64,000 nt of DNA, taken from positions 45,304 through 109,303 of the forward strand of contig FIZI01000016.1 in assembly GCA_900016865.1 (NCBI GenBank), given 5' to 3'. This document shows, in pieces, positions 56,938 to 64,000 of this stretch. Each line of letters begins with the position of its first letter. Position 1 is the stretch's first letter. Under the pieces are notes generated by a model. It saw only the letters and a program-made list of their open reading frames with translations, searched no databases and was not told the DNA's origin. Made by a program: the position numbers and the translations under genes. Origin of the DNA: an uncultured Clostridia bacterium. GTDB lineage: Bacteria > Bacillota > DTU014.

Positions 56938-57477
56938 ATGAGGCTGTTTTACGCGATCGGGCTGTGGGGGTTGCTAGATCTTACCCACTTAAGGGAAACC
57001 TTAGACGATCTCCCGCAGCTCAGATGGGTGGCTCCGGAGAGAGTCCACATCACCCTCAGTTTCCTGGGGGAAGTCAGCGCAGATGTGTGCAAGGACGCTG
57101 CTGAAACACTTAAGGACGTAGCTGCCAATTACGCTCCCTTTACGCTCAAGTGGCAAGGAGTGGGTTCATTCCCGCTTGGCAGGCCGCCTCGCGTGCTCTG
57201 GGTGGGACTTGATGACTTGTCAGCTCGACAAGTCATTCGTATGTCCAAAGATCTCGGCAATAGACGGCCAGCACCGCATGTGACAGTAGCCAGAGTGAAA
57301 GGAGTTCTCCCTGACGAGGCTGTAGAGCGTTGGCAGACGGTCGAGTGTGCTTGGCCGCAAGTGCGAGTTACCCAGATACAGCTAGTAGAGAGCAAGCTTA
57401 CTCCCACTGGCCCTATTTACACTATCGTTGCATCAGAGAAGCTGAGGGCAAGAGGATCATGCCCACATACTTACTAG
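56938..57477 (+). CDS. thpR: RNA 2',3'-cyclic phosphodiesterase (2H phosphoesterase, ThpR/LigT)
   Basis: Two H-x-T/S-x motifs (HITLSF and HVTVAR). 179 aa. Confidence 0.8.
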   Translation: MRLFYAIGLWGLLDLTHLRETLDDLPQLRWVAPERVHITLSFLGEVSADVCKDAAETLKDVAANYAPFTLKWQGVGSFPLGRPPRVLWVGLDDLSARQVIRMSKDLGNRRPAPHVTVARVKGVLPDEAVERWQTVECAWPQVRVTQIQLVESKLTPTGPIYTIVASEKLRARGSCPHTY

Positions 57478-57506
57478 ATTAACCCGAATCTGAGAGGAGA
57501 CTAGTA

Positions 57507-59180
57507 GTGGAGATATATCGGCAAGCAATCGCAGAAGCAGTGAAGCAGCTCATACCTGTAGACGAGATAACCCTGGAAGTGCCGCCAGATCCCAAGCTGG
57601 GCGACTTGGCTCTTCCGTGCTTCCCTTTCGCAGCGATACTGCGTAAGAATCCCGCAGCTATAGCTGCTGATTTGAAGGACAAGATCGGAGGCCTCGACTT
57701 CGTTGACCGGATAGACGTGGTTGGAGCTTATCTTAACTTCTTCCTTGATAGAGAGACTGTAATCCGCGATACGATTGAAGCGATACGCAGTAAGGGAGGG
57801 GCTTACGGTTCCTCTGGTAGAGGCAGAGGAAAGAAGGCCTTGATTGAGCACACGAGTATAAACCCCAATGCCTCTCCACACGTGGGCAGAGCGCGAAATG
57901 CTCTGATCGGCGACTCTATTGTTCGTCTTATGCGATTTGAGGGATACGACGTCTGCGTTCACTATTTCGTCAACGACATAGGCAAGCAGATCGCAATGCT
58001 CGTGCTGGGTGCAGAAGGCAGAGACGATGTGACGTTTGGCGATCTCCTCGACATTTATGTCGATGTCAACAACAGAATCAAGGATGATCCACGACTGGAG
58101 GCCGAAGTGTTTGAGCTGCTGCATCGGCTTGAGAGAGGCGACAAAGATGCGCTCGAGCGCTTCCGCAGGGTTGTTGACATCTGTATAGAGGGGCAGACTC
58201 GCATCTTTAGTGAACTCGGGATATATTACGATGTGTTCAAGCACGAATCTGACTACGTTGCAAGCGGTGCCACTGACGAGATACTGCAGCGGCTTGAAGC
58301 GACCGGTCGGCTCGAGCGCGATGTTGAAGGCAGATTTGTTCTCAATCTGGATGGTTACAACCTGCCATCCAGGGCGCCGTATGTGGTTTTGACCCGGGCG
58401 GACGGCACCTCTCTTTATCCGCTGCGGGACATAGCCTACACGATAGACAAGGTGAAGACCGAGTCGGAAGTCAACATCGTAGTGCTGGGCGAAGATCAGA
58501 AACTGTATCACCAGCAGGTCAGTGCGGCTTTGGACATACTCGGATACAAGGCACCTGTGTCTGTCCACTACTCATTCGTCCTGCTGCCGGACGGAAAGAT
58601 GTCCACCCGTCAGGGAACAGTCGTGTTGCTCGAGGACTTCATGCGCGAGGCTGTCGCCAAGGCGACAGAAGAGATGGCAAAGCGCCATGGAGAGGCAGAC
58701 CCCGACACAGCAAAGGCTGTTGCCTATGGTGCAGTGAAGTACGCCATTCTCAAGGTTGCCAATGAGCGAAATGTGACGTTTGACTGGTCGAGCGCCCTGA
58801 GCTTCGAAGGCGACACGGGTCCATACTTGCAGTATTGCCACGCAAGGATCAATTCGATCATGAGGCGCGCAGGCGGGGAACTCCCCTCAAGTGCCGACTT
58901 CTCTAGACTTACCGAGGATATAGAGTATGAGTTGGTGAAAGAGCTGGCGGGCTTTCCGACAGCAGTATCGAAGGCCGTCGACGAGTTTAGTCCTCACGTA
59001 GTGGCTAATAGCATCTATAGAGTGGCCAAGGCGTTCTCAACGTTTTACAACCAATGCCCGGTCTTGAACGCGGAGGATCCCGAAGTAAGGGACGCTCGGC
59101 TCTTGCTCTCTACAGCAGTCAAGCAGGTGCTGGCAAATGGGATGGCCCTACTAGGCATTGATCCCGTTGAGTCGATGTAA
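57507..59180 (+). CDS. argS: Arginine--tRNA ligase
   Basis: Class I HIGH-type motif (SPHVGRARN), the DALR anticodon-binding C-terminus and the KMS-like region GKMSTRQ. 557 aa. Confidence 0.95.
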   Translation: MEIYRQAIAEAVKQLIPVDEITLEVPPDPKLGDLALPCFPFAAILRKNPAAIAADLKDKIGGLDFVDRIDVVGAYLNFFLDRETVIRDTIEAIRSKGGAYGSSGRGRGKKALIEHTSINPNASPHVGRARNALIGDSIVRLMRFEGYDVCVHYFVNDIGKQIAMLVLGAEGRDDVTFGDLLDIYVDVNNRIKDDPRLEAEVFELLHRLERGDKDALERFRRVVDICIEGQTRIFSELGIYYDVFKHESDYVASGATDEILQRLEATGRLERDVEGRFVLNLDGYNLPSRAPYVVLTRADGTSLYPLRDIAYTIDKVKTESEVNIVVLGEDQKLYHQQVSAALDILGYKAPVSVHYSFVLLPDGKMSTRQGTVVLLEDFMREAVAKATEEMAKRHGEADPDTAKAVAYGAVKYAILKVANERNVTFDWSSALSFEGDTGPYLQYCHARINSIMRRAGGELPSSADFSRLTEDIEYELVKELAGFPTAVSKAVDEFSPHVVANSIYRVAKAFSTFYNQCPVLNAEDPEVRDARLLLSTAVKQVLANGMALLGIDPVESM

Positions 59181-59189
59181 GGCCATTGC

Positions 59190-60626
59190 TTGCTGGGAGA
59201 TGTTGTTGTCTTGACTAGACGTTCATTTGACAACGGCGCCGCACAAACGGCGCCTAATACGCTGTCTGCGCGTGTTGACCCTTCAGTTGAGGTCGATACA
59301 CGGCGGTTGAGGCGCAGGGTCATAGATCTATCAGGGCCAGCCCTGGTCGAGATGGTGCTTGTCAGCTTCGTCGGAGTCGTGGATATGATCATGGTAGGTC
59401 GCATTGGACCTGCAGCCATAGCTGCAGTAGGACTGACCAACCAACCGATGTTCATCGCAATGGCTGTCTTTCAGGCGCTGAATGTCGGGACCACCGCCCT
59501 TGTAGCTCGATTCATAGGTGCCCGCGACCCTGCAGAGGCAAGCCGCACTGCACAGCAGAGCCTGCTCATCACCGTGATTCTTGGCTTGATTCTGAGTATT
59601 TTGAGTTATTGGGCCAGTCCATGGGTGATAGCAGCTATGGGTGCCGAACCAGATACCCTGCCCTTGGGCATATCTTATTTCCAAATAGTCTCTCTCGGAA
59701 TCGCTTTTATGGCAGTCTCCTTGTGCGTGGCGTCAGTGCTAAGAGGCGTTGGAGACACAAAGACCCCGATGAAGGTCAATGTCGTTGCCAACCTTGTAAA
59801 CTGTGTAGGCAACTATATATTGATATACGGCAAGCTGGGGTTTCCTGCCTACGGCGTTGTCGGTGCTGCGGCCGCGACTACGATTTCTCGAGTTGTTGCT
59901 GCTGTATTGATGCTCGGTTCAGTATTGCGCAAGGATTCGATGATCAAACTCGGCCCGATTAGAGAATTCAGGTTAAGACTGGACCTGATAAAGAGAGTCG
60001 TCAACATCGGAATCCCGAGTGCTGTCGAGCAGTTTGTCTTTAGGGTCGGCCAGCTGGTTTATGTCAGGATTGTTGCCGGCCTCGGTACAGTTGTTTTTGC
60101 CGCTCATCAAATCGGGATGAACATACTGTCATTGTCGTTCATGCCCGGACAGGCTTTCAGCATGGCTGCCACCACTCTGGTGGGGCAGGCGCTAGGAGCA
60201 AGGAAACCGGAAGCAGCTGAGAAGTGTGCGCTGGAAACCCGGCGCCTTGGGATGATTATTTCCGGAGCTATGACCGTTGTTCTCTTTTTCTTCGGAGAGA
60301 GGATTGCCCGCCTGTACACGGCTGACCTGGAGGTTGCCAGACGGACAGCTATGGTCTTGCGGATTATCGGTTTGGTGCAACCTGCTCAGTCCACGCAGTT
60401 CATCCTGTCTGGTGCATTGCGGGGCGCGGGCGATACCAAATGGCCTCTCTACTCAAGTCTGGTAGGGATCTGGGGAGTCCGAGTCGTGTTCGGCTACACC
60501 TTCACGAGATTGCTCAATCTGGGGTTGTTTGGAGCGTGGCTCGCTATGGCGCTGGATCAGCTTGCGCGGTCTGTAGTGATTTTCACGAGGTTTAGAAGCG
60601 GAGGATGGAAAACGGCTAGAGTCTAA
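59190..60626 (+). CDS. MATE-family efflux transporter
   Basis: 12-TM duplicated six-helix architecture; the true start is probably an internal Met about 30-40 codons in. Confidence 0.85.
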   Translation: MLGDVVVLTRRSFDNGAAQTAPNTLSARVDPSVEVDTRRLRRRVIDLSGPALVEMVLVSFVGVVDMIMVGRIGPAAIAAVGLTNQPMFIAMAVFQALNVGTTALVARFIGARDPAEASRTAQQSLLITVILGLILSILSYWASPWVIAAMGAEPDTLPLGISYFQIVSLGIAFMAVSLCVASVLRGVGDTKTPMKVNVVANLVNCVGNYILIYGKLGFPAYGVVGAAAATTISRVVAAVLMLGSVLRKDSMIKLGPIREFRLRLDLIKRVVNIGIPSAVEQFVFRVGQLVYVRIVAGLGTVVFAAHQIGMNILSLSFMPGQAFSMAATTLVGQALGARKPEAAEKCALETRRLGMIISGAMTVVLFFFGERIARLYTADLEVARRTAMVLRIIGLVQPAQSTQFILSGALRGAGDTKWPLYSSLVGIWGVRVVFGYTFTRLLNLGLFGAWLAMALDQLARSVVIFTRFRSGGWKTARV

Positions 60627-60711
60627 GGCTTCTGAATCATGCGAATGATTAAGACGTGTCAGGTGCCGGACGCGATGCTGACCAGTCAAGGGGCATTTCG
60701 GTTTGCCATAG

Positions 60712-62430
60712 GTGGTGTTGACGGTGTCATACATCATAGGAGTTGACGTCGGCGGAACCAATACCAACGCCGTCCTTGTGAAGGACCACAGGGTGCTTGA
60801 GACTGCAATAGTCCCAACGAATCATGATGAGCTCTTGGACAGCATTGTGGGCGCGCTCGGCGCCATTATCGCCTGTTTGCCCAGGAATCTTTCTAGTCAG
60901 GTAGAACTGCATCTAAGCACAACGCTGGCTACGAATGCCATTATCGAGGGAAGAGGCGATGCTACAGCGGTCATTGTTGCCTCCGGACCCGGCATGAGAC
61001 TCGAGGACAACGAGTTCCCGTTTTCGGTGTTTCGTATACCCGGCTATGTCGACCACCGTGGGAGAATAGTGGCGCCGATTGACTGCAATGCCCTCAGGTC
61101 TGCTCTGGATACCATCAGGTCACAAGGATTCGCTAAGGTGGCGGTCGCAGGGAAGTTCAGTCCTCGCAATCCTAGACAGGAGTTGGAGATCGAGGAGCTG
61201 ATCAAGGAGGAGTATCCTGAGTTTCTTCCTGTGACCCTGGGGCACCGCTTGACTGGCCGCCTGAATTTCCCACGTAGAATCACTACGGCGTACTTGAACG
61301 CAATGGTGACAGGAGTGCAATCGGCCCTGGCATCCGCTGTTGAGCATCTGATAAAGAAGTTCGGGCTGCAAGGACACGTCTTTCTCCTCAAGGCGGATGG
61401 CGGAACCATGAGCCTACAAGAGTCACTTATGCGACCGGTGGAGAGCATTCTCTCCGGCCCAGCTGCGAGCACTATGGGCGCTATCGCTCTGGCCGAGGTC
61501 GACCACATAAACACGGTCGTCCTGGATATAGGGGGAACGACTACTGATTTGTCAGTCCTCGTCAAGGGAAGGCCGGTTGATGAGAGAGACGGGGTCGAGA
61601 TCGCAGGTTTCAAGACTATCGTCCCGGCCCTTTTCTCTCGATCAGTGGGACTCGGCGGTGACAGCGATGTATGGTGCGACGGAGAGCAGATCAGGATTGG
61701 GCCTCAGCGTGCAGGTCGGCCCGTGGCCTTAGGGGGCTCTCGAATCACTCCTACAGATGCAGCGGTCTGCATCGGGGGTGTGGCGATAGGCAGCAGAGAG
61801 CGGGCAATGGCTGGCATGGCTGAGCTAGGCAAAGAGTGGGGCATTCCTCCGCTTGAGCTGGCAAACAAGATCGTAGACGCTTTCTGTCAACAGGCCGTAG
61901 ACGCCATTGAGAGTGTTTTTAGCTACCTGAGTAGCCTACCAGTCTACACGGTCGCTGGAATAATGAGCCATGAAGATCCCAGGCCCGAGAAGGTAGTCGG
62001 GATGGGCGGGCCAGCGCAGTTTTTCATCCCCATGATTGCGAAACGCTTGGGAGTCGACTACGAGGTAACGGCGTATCATGGATCAGCTAATGCAGTGGGT
62101 GCTGCAGCGGCACGTCCGACTGCGTCAGTCACGCTTCGAGCCGATACTGCTTTGGGGGAAATCGTCGTCCCGGAACTCGACTACATGGATCGCATTGCTC
62201 GTCCGCTGTTCTTTGACATCAAGCGGGCGAGGGAGATCGTAGTCGAGAAGGCTGTTGATTACGCGGCGAGGCTGCGTATACCAGCTCAAAGAGAGGACGT
62301 AGAGATTGTCGAAGAGGAGTCTTACAACGTCGTTCGTAGTTTCCACACAGCCGGGCGGATAATCTCCATGAAGGCTCAGGTTTCTCCAGGAGTCCACAAG
62401 ATGCATCATCAGGCTGGATCAGGTGGCTAG
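60712..62430 (+). CDS. Hydantoinase-A/oxoprolinase-A-like ASKHA-superfamily protein
   Basis: The N-terminus IIGVDVGGTNTNAVLV and the second phosphate motif VLDIGGTTTDLSV are the sugar-kinase/Hsp70/actin fold. 572 aa with no partner B subunit. Confidence 0.7.
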   Translation: MVLTVSYIIGVDVGGTNTNAVLVKDHRVLETAIVPTNHDELLDSIVGALGAIIACLPRNLSSQVELHLSTTLATNAIIEGRGDATAVIVASGPGMRLEDNEFPFSVFRIPGYVDHRGRIVAPIDCNALRSALDTIRSQGFAKVAVAGKFSPRNPRQELEIEELIKEEYPEFLPVTLGHRLTGRLNFPRRITTAYLNAMVTGVQSALASAVEHLIKKFGLQGHVFLLKADGGTMSLQESLMRPVESILSGPAASTMGAIALAEVDHINTVVLDIGGTTTDLSVLVKGRPVDERDGVEIAGFKTIVPALFSRSVGLGGDSDVWCDGEQIRIGPQRAGRPVALGGSRITPTDAAVCIGGVAIGSRERAMAGMAELGKEWGIPPLELANKIVDAFCQQAVDAIESVFSYLSSLPVYTVAGIMSHEDPRPEKVVGMGGPAQFFIPMIAKRLGVDYEVTAYHGSANAVGAAAARPTASVTLRADTALGEIVVPELDYMDRIARPLFFDIKRAREIVVEKAVDYAARLRIPAQREDVEIVEEESYNVVRSFHTAGRIISMKAQVSPGVHKMHHQAGSGG

Positions 62431-62519
62431 GATCGCGTTAAGTGCATTCTTTCACTCCAACGAGATGCTTCTTTCCCAGTGGCTCATAGCTGCAGGTATG
62501 GCGGAAGGGGGTATGGACA

Positions 62520-63866
62520 GTGAAAGCTGCCAAGCACAGGACAGGACTCGTGTTTTTCCCCGCCTTTGACTGGGCAATCACTCCGGATCATCCGGAAAGG
62601 GAAGAGCGTCTGCTGTACACCAGAGACCAAATCAGAGAAGAGGGCCTGTTAGACGTGCCAGGCGTGGTAGAATACCGGCCGGAGCCTGCCTCCGAACTTG
62701 ACATAAAGAGAGCGCATATATGCGTGGGCTCGGTAAGTGCCGTAGCAGGTGTTCCTCACCTAATCGCTGCAGGTGGGACAATAACAGCAGGTGAAAAAGT
62801 GCTGTCAGGTGAAGTAGACAGGGCGTTTGCCTTGCTGAGACCCCCAGGCCACCATGCCATGCGGGTTGTCCATGGTGCGAGGGGCTTCTGTGCGATAAAC
62901 AACGAGGCTGTACTCGTTGAATACTTGAGAAAGAGAGCAGGCGGCAAGCTGCGCATAGCCGTCATTGATACTGACGCCCACCACGCAGATGGAACACAGG
63001 ATATATACTACAACGACCCTGAGGTCCTTCATATCTCCATTCACCAAGACGGAAGAACGCTGTTTCCTGGGAGCGGGCACTTGACCGAGCTGGGCGGCCC
63101 TGGAGCCTTTGCCTATACTCTCAACTTGCCTTTGCCGCCAGGGAGCGGTGACAGAGAGCTGCTGTTCGCCATTGAGGAGTTCGTCCTGCCGGTTCTTCGC
63201 GACTATCAGCCTGACATCGTTATCAACGGTGCCGGACAGGACAACCACTACTCTGATCCGCTCACAAACATGAACGTCTCTGCTCAGGGATATGCTCGTC
63301 TGACAGAACTGCTGGCTCCAGATATTGTTGTCTTGGAAGGGGGATACTCCATCGAAGGAGCCTTGCCGTATGTCAACGTGGGCATCATCTTGGCGTTGGC
63401 AGGCATGGACTACAGCGAGGTCAACGAACCAGATCGAAGCCCTGAAAGACGTGAGGCCGACTCAGCGGCTACGGTGAATGCGAACGTGCGGCGATATGTC
63501 GAACAGCTCCGAGAGATATGGGAGCAGCGAGACAGCATTGACGTGGAGCGTATGTTCGGTGGTGGAGACTTCTACAACAGGCAACGCCGGATTTTTTATG
63601 ACACGGACAACATAGTGGTATCTCAGGAAGAGAGCTTCCGCCTCTGCTCCAGGTGCAGCGGATACCAGAAGGTCTTGTCAGTCGCCCAGCCGTTGCATAG
63701 AGCTAGACCAACGAGAGTAGCAGCTGTGATAATCCCGTGGCACGCTTGCCGATCTTGCAGGAGTGAAGCTGAGGAAGCGTTCGATAGCACCTCTGTATCG
63801 GAGTTTGATTACGTGTACCTTCAGGATGTCGAGACAGACCGATACTTGACCAAGGAGCGCGCTTGA
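62520..63866 (+). CDS. Histone-deacetylase-family (arginase/deacetylase fold; AcuC/acetylpolyamine-amidohydrolase-like) protein with C-terminal CxxC-CxxC zinc ribbon
   Basis: The zinc-binding motif DTDAHHADGTQD, and a C-terminal CSRCSGY...CRSCRSE. 448 aa. Confidence 0.8.
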   Translation: MKAAKHRTGLVFFPAFDWAITPDHPEREERLLYTRDQIREEGLLDVPGVVEYRPEPASELDIKRAHICVGSVSAVAGVPHLIAAGGTITAGEKVLSGEVDRAFALLRPPGHHAMRVVHGARGFCAINNEAVLVEYLRKRAGGKLRIAVIDTDAHHADGTQDIYYNDPEVLHISIHQDGRTLFPGSGHLTELGGPGAFAYTLNLPLPPGSGDRELLFAIEEFVLPVLRDYQPDIVINGAGQDNHYSDPLTNMNVSAQGYARLTELLAPDIVVLEGGYSIEGALPYVNVGIILALAGMDYSEVNEPDRSPERREADSAATVNANVRRYVEQLREIWEQRDSIDVERMFGGGDFYNRQRRIFYDTDNIVVSQEESFRLCSRCSGYQKVLSVAQPLHRARPTRVAAVIIPWHACRSCRSEAEEAFDSTSVSEFDYVYLQDVETDRYLTKERA

Positions 63867-63964
63867 CTGACTAGACACGCGCTGTTCATTGACTTAACGC
63901 TTGCATAGTGGTATACTGATTTGCGCAACCGACAATTTGGCCTGATCGCCAATGTCGGCGGTGC

Positions 63965-64000
63965 GGAGAGGTGGCTGAGATGGTCTAAGGCGCTCGCCTG
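63965..64000 (+). tRNA. Partial tRNA (5' part only; Ser/Leu-type D arm) cut by window end
   Basis: ggagaggtggctgagatggtctaaggcgctcgcctg resembles the 5' acceptor/D-arm of class II tRNAs. The anticodon was not reached. Confidence 0.3.

Noticed and set aside
1-64000. Search for CRISPR arrays, integrase/transposase genes, restriction-modification or other defence modules
   Set aside because: No direct-repeat/spacer periodicity and no recombinase, nuclease, helicase or methyltransferase motifs were seen in any credible ORF. None is reported.

Overview
This 64-kb window reads as a chromosomal segment of a moderately high-GC bacterium, most plausibly a spore-forming Bacillota member. The evidence is the rapZ-yvcK...whiA context, spmA/spmB, a CwlD-like amidase, DUF134, tadA followed by tRNA-Ser, and a Udk-like kinase with a ThrRS-like N-terminal region. 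It may be a diderm lineage, because a secreted beta-rich protein ends in a C-terminal Phe as outer-membrane beta-barrels do. Coding density is high, mostly on the + strand. Seven tRNA genes are present: Ser-TGA, Ser-GCT, Arg-ACG, Arg-CCT, Ser-CGA and a partial one at the 3' window edge. There is no CRISPR array, no rRNA, and no recognisable integrase, transposase, restriction or other defence gene.

The main blocks are as follows. (i) 3.0-15.7 kb: a carbohydrate locus with an orphan MsmX-type ABC ATPase, a bifunctional PGI/PMI, a ROK glucokinase, a lipoprotein, a GT4 glycosyltransferase, a fused sugar-1-phosphate nucleotidyltransferase/phosphohexomutase, and two GH57 enzymes flanking a DUF4912 gene. 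No classical glgA/glgB/glgC is present. (ii) 15.8-25.8 kb: rapZ and a yvcK-like gene, then a 6.8-kb insertion before whiA. The insertion carries spmB/spmA and a DeoR-regulated sugar module: a 2-hydroxyacid dehydrogenase, a 675-aa fusion of a xylose-isomerase-like TIM barrel to a DhnA/LacD-type class I aldolase, and an FGGY kinase. (iii) glyA, a NUDIX gene, a truncated ECF-sigma fragment, two tRNA-Ser genes, a secreted protein, and tRNA-Arg(ACG) with a terminator. (iv) A lower-GC 0.6-kb spacer followed by a YtfQRT/YjfF-like CUT2 sugar ABC transporter, an autoregulated ArsR-like gene with a near-consensus promoter overlapping a palindromic operator, an ABC-2 exporter, an esterase, an XRE/membrane-protein pair and DUF134. 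This is a possible tRNA-associated islet. (v) Housekeeping and envelope genes: pepF, pcm, NlpC/P60, a zinc-ribbon protein, M23 peptidase plus bactofilin, a CaCA exchanger, a cwlD-like amidase, an ABC exporter heterodimer, a Udk-like kinase, and tadA followed by tRNA-Ser(CGA). (vi) A 570-nt ORF-poor region containing two co-varying 14-bp-stem hairpins. (vii) An S41 peptidase, thpR, argS, a MATE transporter, and a hydantoinase-A-like gene paired with an HDAC-like gene that ends in a zinc ribbon.

The most novel-looking items are the isomerase-aldolase fusion module, the non-canonical GT4/NTP-transferase-PMM/GH57/DUF4912 alpha-glucan locus, the hairpin-repeat non-coding region after tadA-tRNA-Ser, and the hydantoinase/HDAC pair. 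All functional calls rest on motif recognition by eye, because no database search was possible.
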